Source of the DNA: Hydrurus foetidus
Lineage: Eukaryota
Assembly: GCA_900617105.1 (NCBI GenBank)
Contig: UYFQ01000778.1
Location: 1 to 52,549 of the forward strand
DNA: 52,549 bases
Direction: 5' to 3'
This document shows positions 33,191-45,900 of this stretch, in pieces; position 1 is the first letter of the stretch, and every line of letters starts with the position of its first letter. The position numbers and the translations under genes are program-made. The notes under the pieces were generated by a model, which searched no databases, was not told the origin of the DNA, and saw only the letters and a program-made list of their open reading frames with translations.

Positions 33191-36100
33191 ATGATCTCGC
33201 GCATTTCTCTTCTATTCCTGTCGTTTGCGACAATGTGCCTCGCCTTCCAAAGAAAAGCAATGTTCCCGCTCGTCAACGCAAAACAAATGAGATTTATTTT
33301 GCGATTCTCGCCCCCTAAAGAATCTGATAATGAGATCCCTGTGGGAAAGCTTGAGAAGTTGCAAGTTGCTGATGCATCTCTAAATAGTCTACTGGAAAAC
33401 ATGCCCATCGCAGAAAAATACTCCTTGCTGCTACAATCGTATGCGACGAATATTATTGATAACTCCAACCGAACTGCAGCAGCGTTGGACACAATGGATT
33501 TACTATTTACCGAGATGCTAAGCAAATCCATCGCTCCCTCAGAAAAGTCGTCGAAACTTTTGATTGATGCATCGTCAACTTTTTGCAGCAGCATCAAGTT
33601 GGGAAAATCGCTACAGCTTGCAAAAGCAGGTAAATTTCAGGAGTCATCTAAAAGTTTCATGAAGATGTTTGACAGATTGATTTGAATTGAAGGTGGAAAC
33701 TGCAAGGCTTTCGGAGCTGCCAATGGCTTGCTTGGTGTTCCTGTGACAGTTGCAAGCTCATCAACTCTGTCGATAGATTCTGCTGTCCCGTACGATGACA
33801 GAGAACAAGAAGTTCTCTACGCTGGATTGGTGACTGCAATAACAGCCTCTTGGATATCTTTAGAGGTGATGATATGTCAATCCCTTACCTACTCCCAGGA
33901 TAGGCTGATTTCATTTTGTTAAAGGAATGCTGTCACGAATAATCAGAAGTTCTTACACTTCCTTACGCATTGAGATCTCAATTGTACAATTGCATGTAAC
34001 GCAGATTGGGCAAACTTTCGTGAATGAGCTGCATCCATGGTGCACATTGTTCGGAGTGGCGGCTGTAGCTCTCTGTGGATTGGATGTCGCAATCAGACAA
34101 GGCAAAGGTAGAGGCATGTAGAAGATTTGAAATTACATTTACTACATGCTTCATTGAGTGCGTGAATCTCATATCTTGCTGCTCCATCATTTTTGTATCT
34201 TATAACCTCCATAACTCTTCTTCCTGCTACTTTGTGACAACTTTAATCCCTATAGGGATCAAACTCGCTTCTGCAGGCCTTGAGAGACTCGTACTAAAAG
34301 ACGCGGAGAGAGAAACGCACAGCGATGGGTAAGCACAGAGCAAATTATGTATTCTGCAGGAAAAAAATCGGAATTTTGCGTGATGTACAATTACAAATTA
34401 CTCATTGTTGATGACTCAACGTGATGCGAAGAGAAGAGAGGAGAAGTGAACACTGTAATGATGCATGGACAGAGCGCTGCAGTTAGTGACTCGAATAAGA
34501 CTGAGATGCGCAAGCTGTTTCAAAGGATATCGCTGGTAGTCAGCATGAAACGGGCTTGTCGTTCCTCAGCTACTGCAGCTCAATTATTTTCCAGCATTTC
34601 AAAACCTTGACGCAAAGCAGTGATAAAAAATTTAACATTGAATCTTATCGTGATGATATTGTCCTCGTGTTTCAATTTCACTTTCCATCGTGTACTGGAT
34701 TTGATATCTATCATACCGTACTTTCATCACCCGTCTAATCACGGTAACGGCTAAATAATATGTCGATTTTTCAGGGCTGCTTTTTTAGTGGGATATCTAC
34801 TTGGACTACCTTGCTTTTGCTTCAGACCAGGTAATTGATATCAGTACCAGGAATATGAAGAATTACGCGTTATTTCTAAATGTCATAAATGTACTGCTGA
34901 ATACATCGGTGGAGGAAAATGATAGTCTTGCGATACCACTCTTGATTTTCCGGCATTTGATTCTTGAGTTCCCCTTCTCTATGCCCTTTCTTACTATTCA
35001 ACATGATTCATTTCCTCAGATGTCACGGAAGCGTTGAAAATGTTGAGGGATGACCCCCAGGGGCTGGACTTCTACAGACAGCCCAAAGCATTAGGACTGA
35101 CAGCTGCTGGGAAAGGTACGTACGTGTGTATATATGATGTGAGTGAGAGAGTGTGTGTCTGTGACTGGGTGAGTAAGGGGAAGGGAAAGCATGTGTTTGT
35201 GTGCGAATTATGGTGTGTGTATTTGTGGGTGAGAGAATGTGCGTGTGTGTGAGTCAGTCAGTGGGGGTGTATGCGTGTGCTAGTGAGTGTGTGTTCACCG
35301 CCCATATTCTCTCTACACTTTCGATCTCGTAGGTTATCAATGGAAGTGCCTAACTACCTACCAACGTACATCCTCATGAGAGCCTCTAGCTATCTGTCTG
35401 ATTGTCCTGTTCGTCTATCCGTGAATCCGTCTGTGTCCATATCCCTCTTAGTCTAAGTCTCAGCAGACTTGTTTCTTTTACACCCTCTATAATTCATCGA
35501 TAGATCGGTCTACGTATAGTGCTTAGAATAATCGTTATAGAAATAGATGTGATAGCAATGGCAGCACATGAATCACTGGAGTGTTACACCAATAATCTAA
35601 ATGCAACTCTTAACTCTCATCTTTTTATATATTCAAATATATGTAGGAGGAGCTGTGAAATCAGGTAACGCAGGAATGTTCCAAGGAATGTTCAATAAAG
35701 GGTCCAAAGTCCCTGATACTGTAATATCAGCTAATTACGAAGGGGACAATAAAATAATGTACACTCTCCCCTCTATCCCCTCCCGCGCTGGAGAAAATTG
35801 GGGAGAAGAGGTGCAAGGATTGTCAAGAGTTTTAGTTTGGCTGATGGCACCGGTAGCAGCAGAATATTTAAAGTACGGACGTACGGTAGTTTCTGATCCG
35901 AGAAGATCTCAGAAATTATTAAGTGTTTTAGAAAAAATTCAAATGGCTGATAAAAATGGTGTTGAAGTTGAAGTTGAAGGTGTAGTTGAAGGGAGATCGA
36001 AAGAAATGAAAAATAAAAATTCAAAATCTGAAGTGACGATTGAGGAAGTTTCTTATCAAATACCATTTGAGGAAGAAGATAAGAAAGCGTTTCTGCAGTG

Positions 36101-36230
36101 GGCTTTTTATGAAGCTACGTCTTTAGTGAAGCAATATGGCGATTTGTTAGAGGATGTTAATAGCTACCTTGCCACAGGGACATCGACTGTTGGAGAGTGT
36201 GTGATGCTACTTGAGGATGAATTGAGATAA
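33191..36230 (+). CDS. Plastid-targeted peptidase-M41-like (VIR3-family-like) protein lacking HEXXH; multi-exon
   Basis: Signal peptide ending CLA-FQ. Spliced ETHSDG|AAFLVGYLLGLP aligns to the family motif HEAGHFLVAYLLG. LMAPVAAEYLKYG and C-terminal WA..A..L...STVGECV..LE pattern. Confidence 0.7.
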
Positions 36231-37715
36231 ATACTGTACTTTAATAATAGTAAATGATAAATTAAAGTATCAGGAGTAGATGTAGCGACTGATATTGAGC
36301 TCTCTTACAATGTCTCGACGAATACCACTAATAGATGATTGCATTACTGTACTTAAATTGTTTTTTATATTAAGTTACTGTAGTCACATCACGCAGCCGT
36401 GTTTTCCTTTTATGTGATTTGATATGATGTCATAGAATTTGGTGCTTTTTCATCAAGGAATTTCATTTCTTTTCTTTCGATCGATCTTATGTCCGCTTGC
36501 CTGTCTGTCTGCCTGCCATAAAGCATTTAGATGATTCTGCAAATATACATATTAGCTTAATTAGATATTACTGTAATTTCACTTTCTCCTTTTTTTAATT
36601 TGGGACCATTATATTTTGTCAAAACCTTTCCTTCATTTCGGTTTTGGTATGTGGTGTCACATTACCTCCGCAGGGGACAGTGCGATATCTCCTTGCGGGC
36701 TGGACGGTTGAAATCTTCCACTGTATCCGCGTATGCACGAAAATAAAAGTAGGAAGAGACAGCAACTTTTTTCGAAGATGAGAGAAGCGAAACAGCGTAT
36801 TGATATTACTATTTAAAATAGATTGGGAGCACCATAATTTGGAATAGACATTTCATGGCTTTGGAGTGAAAGCTGTGATAGGTATTAGTCATATAGACAA
36901 GTGGTACGGCAGCGAAATAACGTGAAAGATAGTGGATAAGGAAGATGGTGTACTCATAGTCATAACATAACGCCTTTTAGATGATGAAAAAGATCAACGG
37001 CAGTGATGTTAGGAGTGACGTGGATAGCATGATGAACTTTAAAACTGGTCATAATGACAAGCCAACATCTTGTCATGACAAGGAATATTTAACAAAATAA
37101 AATGAATCGCATATGAACAACGATTACTGCAAAAAAAAATGACTCCTGGGTGAATAGAATTACAGCCGTCTGTAGCACCTCCTTGACGTATAGTGATGAG
37201 CGCAATACGAACAAGAAGCATCAAGATTGTCGACTATGACGGCTCCTTGATAATGTTTGTCATCCCATTCAAGATAAAATGCACCTAAAAAATCAATGTG
37301 GTTTGACAGACCTTTCCTTCGAAAGACCTTCTGATTCACACGTGATTCACATCTGCGAGTCACGCATGTACAGAGTGAGGTGCATAGGTAGCAATACACT
37401 ATACTGCACTGTAGTGTTCGGCACGTCTGGTCTGTGGTGTATATGTTGGGTGTGTGGTGTAGATGATGATCAGATTCTTGGCAGTGCGGTTACTGCTGAA
37501 TACGGTGAATGTAATCTCAATTCGTCTCATCCGATGTAACATAATATGATGCGATATCATGTTACACGATGCGGTGCGGTGCGGTGCGGTGCGGTGTAGT
37601 GCAATAGGATGTCTTCCTCACAAGATATGATGCATATTCTCGAGAAAGCCTCACTATAACACAGGAACCAACCATCAAACGCTCTCTAGACGATACGCGA
37701 AAAATAGCGCTGCAT

Positions 37716-40700
37716 TTAGTTCTTGAAAGAGGGGAGGTTGTTGAAGGCAGCGGTGGGCTCCTCCTGCTCCGCCTCCTTCTCAAGCTCATTGATGCTCGCA
37801 GCCCTCGATCTCGCATCCGGCACATTGATGCTCAGACGCACAAGACCAAGCCTCTGCCGCTCAATGATCTAACAAGTGGAAGAGTGGAAAGGGATGGAAT
37901 CGTGAAATAGGCAAGGCGAAAAATAACAAGACTAATGGATCGGATAGATATCGAGATTGATAAAACTAGTGTTTGTTTGATATGGTTTTGCAAAGTGAGT
38001 AAATACACCACATAGACAAGGAAAGAAGTGATATTAAGTGCGCTCTTATACTTCGGATATTGAATTGAAACACAATCTGATGGCGTTTGTGCGATTCTGA
38101 AGGCAATGAGTTCCTACGGTGAAAAAGAATGATGCACAGCACGTACGTACCTCTTCTGGAGATAAGTTCACCAGTGCGGCAGAGCTCCTGCGATGCACGT
38201 ACTTGTTCTTGTATTTGGGGGATCGGTTGATAACCTGTCGAGATTCATACACCATGTGAGATAATGTGAAATGAGGTGAGATGATGCACGATAAGATGAG
38301 AGAACATGTAGTGAGCTGTAATGTGATCAAATGAGGTGAGATAGGATGGAATGAAGTGAGGTGAGATGATGCACGATAAGATGAGACAGGGTAAAATGGA
38401 GTTAGACAATATAAGATGAGATGATATTAGATAAGAATTAGACAAAGATGGGAAGACCATTGTTCAATCCAATTTTTCATATCAAATGACATAATAAATG
38501 ACTGATTGTCAAGGGCAGATGAGAGGGTAAGAGAAAGAAAAAGAGAACGAGTGAGATAGTTAGAACCCATTAATAAATGAGGGACGAACAGAAAAACTAC
38601 TGAGTACCATAAATAATGATCAGGAAGGCGCAGTGTAAATGATACACTGTAGGATAGATAGATAGATAGATAGATAGTCAGATAGATAGTCAGATAGATA
38701 GTCAGATAGATAGTCAGATAGATAGATAGATAGATAGATAGAGCGATCGATAGATAGATAGTCAGATAGATAGTCAGATAGATAGATAGATAGATAGATA
38801 GATAAATAGATAGTCAGATAGATAGTCAGTTAGATAGATAGATAGTCAGATAGATAGATAGATAGATAGTCAGTTAGATAGAGCGATCGATAAATAGATA
38901 GTCAGATAGATAGTCAGATAGATAGATAGGTAGATAGATAGATAGTCAGATAGATAGTCAGATAGATATTCAGATAGAAGATAGATAGATAGATAGATAG
39001 TCAGATAGATAGATAGATAGATACCTGTATCTTATCGAAATCCACTAGAATGCATCCAGCCATGGCTTGTGTGCCTTGTCGGTGGTCCTTGGAAGTCGAG
39101 AATACCGTAAAGACTCTACAGCGGAAAAGAAAAAGATGCATGAGATCGGTGAAGGATAGATCGAAGTTCTTTTCGAATGGAATCTAATCATTTTGGGCGA
39201 GTTCTCTTCTTCTCAAAAGAATGGATTGTTTGAAAGTGTGCTTTCAGAGCGCATTGCTGTATCTTTCTTGGGCAGTCTTATAAGTCAGAAATCGAGACAG
39301 CACACCAACCCACTTGATAATATAGCACAGTGCACCACATCACACCAAATCATTTCACACTGCACCACACCAATGATGCGCCACGTCATGATTTAGCACA
39401 TCACACCACATCATCAACCAACACACTTCATTACACCACACCACACTCAGCCCGTCCAATCTCACCTAGCCCCCTTTGAGAGAGACACACCGTGTGCGTG
39501 TGCTTCGTGCGCACGTATGATGTACGACAGCTGGTTGTTGTCCAGAAAGTTGTCAATTGCTGCGGAGCCGAAACTAACATAGAGGAAATAGAATGAGTTC
39601 AACGATATTTCTTATAAATTCCCCGCTTGCAGTGAGTTATTTTGGCTGATTTATCAACCATTTAGAAGAGATACTGTGTGTACACCATATGAGTTCTCAT
39701 TTGACTCCAAAGTCGGGCAATATCTAAGTCTTCACCGTCTTTGGAGTCAAATGAGAACCCATATGTTAAGATGTTACACAGATTAGATTCATCACAAACC
39801 AGATACACGTACGTACCACACGGCGCCACCCCCTCTGGGACTCTGTCCGAACCCCAAGTCGTTCAGGGAATGTTCCATCTCCTCTGACGCTGGGTCGCTC
39901 CATATGCAGTCACTCGCAACCTAAAGTCAGAGTGGCGGAAAGGATGAATAGGATGAATAGAAAGCAAGGTAAGTACATCTGAGATTGTGTTGTATCATAG
40001 GACACTATTTTGTGTTGTGTTGTGTTGTGTTGTGCTTGGTTATTTGTGGAGTGTAGAGTAGGGGTGGAGTGCAGGAGGGGTAAGTGAAGGAACTGCTTGA
40101 CAGAAGACACATCTCCTATACCACCCCATGACACATCCTATCCTAAAATATCACTATCTAACTCTCCATCTGACCATCTGAGCATTTCTCACCTGTACAG
40201 AGAATTCCGTTTCGTGTTCGTATGCCGGAGTTACGGCCGCAACGCACGGTACAGCCAAGATGGCCTGCACCTCCGTTTCGTACTCCATCACTGGGCGGGG
40301 GATGCCTACAGATGGAGAGAGAGAGAAAAAAAAGGGCAAAGAGAGAAGGGTGGGGATGCGGAGGGAGGCAGGGAGGTTCGTGAGCAGATAAACGATGTGA
40401 TTTCAATTGTTGTTTTAGTTGAGTGCCACTGGTTACATGGTTACAGATTTGACGATGACGAAATGCAATTTGCGAAATAAGCAGTAGTATAGCTTGATGA
40501 TAACATACATCATTTCATTCCGTCTCAATAGCATTACTTATTGCTAATCGCATGAAATGTTGTACCTCCGTGTATGCAGAAGATTTCATGGTCTATGACG
40601 GAAGAGAGTGGCATACGGTCAAACGTTTGATTGCACTCCTGAAAAGATAATAACAAATAGAGACAATAACATTATATGAAGTTAGGTTGAAATTCAATGA

Positions 40701-42041
40701 AATAGTGCATGAAAAAGAGACTATTCGCCTCAGATACAATAAGACTATTACGTGATGAGATTATGAATTCGACTATCAATCAGAGTATTTATACGGAATT
40801 TGAGTTGTTTGATTCTTATCCTCATTCTTACCTCCCAGACTCTCTCACCAACGGATTTTCCGAATCGCTTCTTGCACTGGAACAAGAAAGACTTCTCTCC
40901 GTAGTGATCTTCCCAGCCATTTACCTATTCATGAAAAAACGGAGATAAGTTTCAAGTGCGGCATTAAGTGTCATACATACTATAAATAATGATAATAAGT
41001 ATTCAGGAAGAGTTCAAGAAACCGTTTGATCAATCCATGTGGCAGTACGGATACTCACTACAAAGACTTACATCTCTTGTCTCGTGATTTCCTCTGAGCA
41101 TGTGAATCTTAGAAGGATAGAGCAACTTCAACCCGAACAAATACGCTACGCACTCCAAGGAGCTCTGACCCCTGTCCACGTAATCCCCTAGGAAAAGAAA
41201 CTTCCCCGCAGTCAAATCCATTCCTAACTTCCAAATGTTATCCGCAAAAAAGTGCAAGTCCTCAAGATTGCCGTGAATGTCACCGAAAACATAAACTGGT
41301 GACTGTAGGAAAACACATCGTGGCTCGTCTTGGAAAACTTCTCCCACTGCCTCGCAAACCGTTGCAAGATCATCAGCAAATTCTACTGAAGATAGGTAGG
41401 CAATGTAATCTGAAGGGTTCTGAAATACCCTTAGGAACCTTTCAGCAATCAATTGTTCTTTCGTCCTAACAACATCAGGAATCGCTTCTAACGCATTAGC
41501 CGTGCAGACAGATCCTCTTGTGCCCATACGTTGCTGCGCACGTCCCTTATCAGTAATTACATGGCTGATTGGCTGGATCTCGTGATGTCTACGCACAACG
41601 TCATCGCTCGTCAGATTGCTCGCCACTTCCCCAGCTCTGCCTCTGCATTTGAGCTCGTTCTCTAAACGCTCAACTTTAGCAGCTAAAGCAGCTACCATTG
41701 AATCTTTTATCACTATATCGTTTTGCAAGTTTGATATCACTTTTGTCAAATCAGACTTATGCGGTGGGGGTGGGGGTATATGCGAGACATGGTCTCCGTC
41801 GGTAGTTGTCCTAGACTTTGAAACTGGTCGGGATGATGTGTTCACTATGGGATTTCGAAGAACCGAAGCATATAGATCAGTTGAGTGCTAAACTTGAGAT
41901 AAACGGAGTGATTATGAAGCGCAAATATAGGAGAAACTCACTTTTTCTGTTGGGAGGAGGTGGAAAGTCTTTATAAAGTCTTTCTTCACGTGACTCCTTG
42001 GGAGGGGAATGTAAGAACTTTCCTGCAATCGCTGCTAACAT
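37716..42041 (-). CDS. PPP-family Ser/Thr protein phosphatase with N-terminal Pro-rich/coiled-coil extension, about 10 exons
   Basis: GDIHG, GDYVDRG and RGNHE in ORF 41030-41845. Downstream exons give CIHGG, WSDP, IIRAHE and [11 protein letters not shown]. Stop at 37718-37716. The start at 42041 is inferred. Confidence 0.88.
38653..39023. repeat. (GATA)n/(GATAGTCA) compound microsatellite in a phosphatase intron
   Basis: Direct reading of the sequence. Confidence 0.95.
39686..39765. repeat. 80-bp palindrome (31-bp arms, 2 mismatches, 18-nt loop); mini-MITE-like
   Basis: catatgagttctcatttgactccaaagtcgg / ccgtctttggagtcaaatgagaacccatatg. Confidence 0.85.
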
Positions 42042-42472
42042 TTACTGTTGAAGAAACAACTTTCCGCTCTACTGTTTGTGAGATTGACGAGGCATGGTGT
42101 TATCAGCGACGCTGATAATTTTAGGCGTAGAGATAGCAGTTTAGAGTTTGGAAGCTGGAAAACTCCCCACTTGACTTCAAACTTCGTATCTATCAGTTGA
42201 GTGTTGAGTGTTGGAGTGACTTCGACTTCACTTCGAATTCGTGATCCGATCGATCCAAGTTCCATGTTCGGCGGAAGTAAAATTTTGGGGAAACGGACGG
42301 ACGAACTTCAACTTCTCCTACACACAGAGACAACTCGAACTACTTTTCTCTTTTCTGATGGTCGGCCGGTAGAGTGGGGGACCTAATTAAGAACTGCTCT
42401 CCAAGATTAATTCCAGTAAACGGACTATCAACCGGATGGTACTTCTGAGTACATTTCTGTACTCGTCTGATA

Positions 42473-42790
42473 TGTTGGGGATTCTCAGATTCCGGATACT
42501 TAGCAACTCCGCGTAAGTTGAACCGAAGAGCCAATACTCGTGAAATAGACGATTTGTGTAATCACTTGATATTTAAACTTGTGCACCGTCATCAATCAAG
42601 ACGGCAACGAAGCTTTTACAATCTCAAGTCACTCGCACTCAGTATCCGAAGCAGTCACAATATCGGATTAATGGCTCGTATGAGCCCACGCAACAGACGG
42701 TCCTCGACCCGACCCCGCAGGGTGCGTGCCGCTGACCGTCGGGATCCATACACACATCTACTACAGTGTCTTTTCCCGGATAATCCAACA
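42473..42790 (-). repeat. 3' LTR of copia element
   Basis: Direct repeat of 47798-48115. Confidence 0.97.
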
Positions 42791-42998
42791 CACCCAACAG
42801 GCACACAGTAGATGAGAAAAATGAATCAAACAGTTTATTTTAACGCAGCAGTGAATTTTATTGCATAGCATGCAGCTGCGTTAAATTGTTTAGCATGGCA
42901 GGCAGCAGTAAAGTAAGAATGAATTGATTCGCAACGCAGTAGTGTCTTAAACTAAAATCCCCTCGTGCTATGGTGGTACCCCATTCGGGGTCGCACCC

Positions 42999-45900
42999 CT
43001 AATTCGCTATGCTACCGTCGGTCCATCCCGTCAGCCCGTCCCTCTCTCTCTTGAATTGGCTTCCTTGGAGCGGCTTCGTCAGCACGTTCGCGTACATCTC
43101 CGCGCTTGGAAGGTACTCCACTCTCATTTCCCCCTTGTCCACTCGTTCTTTGACCCAGAAGTACCGGATGTGGATGTGGCGTGTCCGCTCTGCGCCCGAC
43201 CTCCCTCGCTCCACCAGCGCCATGCACGACTGGTTGTCTTGGTATACGGTGACAGGTCCCATGGTGTACCCCTGTGCTGTCAGGAACCTCCTGATGTGAA
43301 TCCCCTGGTTGGCTGAGTCGGATAGTCCGACGAGCTCGGCCTCCGTGCTCGACTTGGTGACGATCAGTTGCTTGGATGATCTGCAATGGACCGCATCCAC
43401 ATCGCCGATGACGATACAGCTTCCCGTGTGTGACCTCCCATCGCTGTGCACCCCGTATGACGCGTCCACGAATAGCCTCACTGACAATCCGCTTACACCA
43501 GGTCGCATCAGTACGCCGCTGTCCCGCGTGTTGTGAATGTAGCGCACCAGCCTCTGCAGCTTCTCCACATCGTCTACCGTGCACTTGTTCACACGTGTGG
43601 CCAGGTAGGCCACCGCTGTGAGGCACTCCGGCTTGGTTCTCTTCGCTATGTACAGTATCATCGCTACTACCTTATGGAACCAGACTCTGGTTGGCTCGGC
43701 TACCAAGGCTGCATCCTCTCGCGTCTCGAATAGTCCATCTGTTGCAGGCGATTTGGCCGTCCCCTGCACCCCTGATGTCTTGACTATCTCGTCTGAGTAC
43801 CCCTTCATGGTGATTATAGCCTGTCCATGCACATGCATATTTGATTGCAGGTCCATGAGCAAGTGTAATAATACCATACCTTTTTCGCAGACCCTCAATC
43901 AGGTGCGACATGGACTCCTTGCTCTTGCTCATGATGAGCAAGTCGTCTACATGAACTGCGGCCGTGCACTGATGACCGTCCGATCCGACTCGGTTGAATA
44001 CGCATTTGTCGTACGCATTGCTAGCATACCCGAGAGTGACCATGGTTGCTCGCAGGTTCTCGTACCATAGCCCCGAACTCTCCACGCACCCGTAGAGTGC
44101 CTTTTTCAGATGGACAATGAGTCCTTCTCCTGAGTCGACGTACTTCCGATATTTATCGTCGATTCCCATCACGAAGGCAGACATGGTGCGGTCCAGGCGC
44201 ATGTGCACTGGCACTCCTAACGTCATGTCTGCGTTTAGGAACGCTCCGCTGATGTCGACTACTGCGACGTGTCTCTTCTCGTGTGCTGCGACAGCCAGCA
44301 TTGTGAATACTGCACTGGTTGATACTGTTGGTGACGAGAGATCGTCGTACAGCTCCTTGTTCTGCTGGTCTCCCCCAGCTACTAGCCTCGCCTTCAATTT
44401 CTGGAAACTCCCATCTGGTTTGTTCTTCCTCTTTATGAACATTGATGAGCGGATGATCGCTGATCTCTGTGACGCTGTGAGCTTCGATCCTAGGACTGGC
44501 ACCCACACCTTCTTATATAGCATTTGTTTTAATTCTTGAACGATAACTCTCTTCGCCTCGTCACCCCTATTTCTCAGCGCTTCTCTCACGCTGATGTTGC
44601 TCGTGTCACTCTTCCCCATTTCGATTCGATGTCTTTTCAGCACTTCCTCAATGCTGTGTAGTATCGATGTTCCTCCCGTAACAGTCGCTCGGACGGACAA
44701 ATTCGTCGCGACGAATGCGCCTTCTCCAGTGCGAAAGAACTCGATGACTCTCTTCTCTGGTGGAGTCAGCTGCTGGACTGATTCTGCACTGGCTGATGTG
44801 CTGAGATCCCCCTCCGTAGGTCGTACTGCTGCGTCCGTCACCGGAGGTTCCGGTACGGGTGACAGTACGGGTGTAAGTACATCGGCAGAAGAGAGGGTAG
44901 AGTGAGGTGGAGGTGGTTCGGTTCCAGTGTGTGTCCCAATTAGCTCCTCAGATTCAAAGATTCTATGCTCGTTTTCATTAGGTATCGATACCCACTTCGG
45001 ATGTGGAATCTCGAGAATGTTGTCTGCTGCGGGCAAGTCGGCTACTGTTGGTTGGGGTTGTTTGACTCGCGGTCCCACTGCTGCTATCTCGACAGTGTCC
45101 TGAGTGGGGGGGGTTGGTAATAAAACGAGGCATATTAGACTTGTCGAGACTGTTAGCAAACAGCAATTCATCAAATACATGCACGCTTGATTTGATTATT
45201 TTCTTCCCTTCTTTTAATGCCATTGCGTTCAGTGTGTTGACGACTGATTGTGGCATTGGGAGGATCTTGAATTGATCCCTTGTGACGATCTTCCCGCTCG
45301 AGAGTGAAAGCATCTTGAACGATCCGGTCCTATTGTGAGTGGGAAGCATAACAATACAGTCTTCAGTACGTGATGCCATTGTGTTATCAGTCTTTGATAC
45401 TGTACACACTGCGTAATCCCCGAACGCCGCCCGAAAGTCCAAGTTCCCGTCAACCCTCCGTCCGGAATACAATTCTCGCGGTGAGAGTCCCCCCGGCCTA
45501 GACCCTGACTGTTGACAGTTGATACGAGATACACAGTATAGAACTAGATAGGTATTACCCAGGTCGGTTAGAGTGAACGGAAGCCTTCCGCAAATGTGCG
45601 CTCGAGCCCGTTCCTTCACCATTTGAATGCGCCGCTCGATTCTGGCGACGTGGCCGCCCGCTGCACTGACATCCAGCTCGATTCCCAGAGCCATCAACTC
45701 GAAGCGAATTTTGCCTATGGCACCTTCCCCGTCGCTCATGATGACTTGCACTGCAAAGTTCCTAGATTTGAGCACACATAACATCTCATCTAGCGCCGCC
45801 TTTACCACGGACGCAGCTCTAGAGGGTTTGCCAAAATCGAGTCGCATTAGGCTGCAGGCAAGGGTGAGATCCAGAGGGGTAGATACGGCAATAAGTATGG

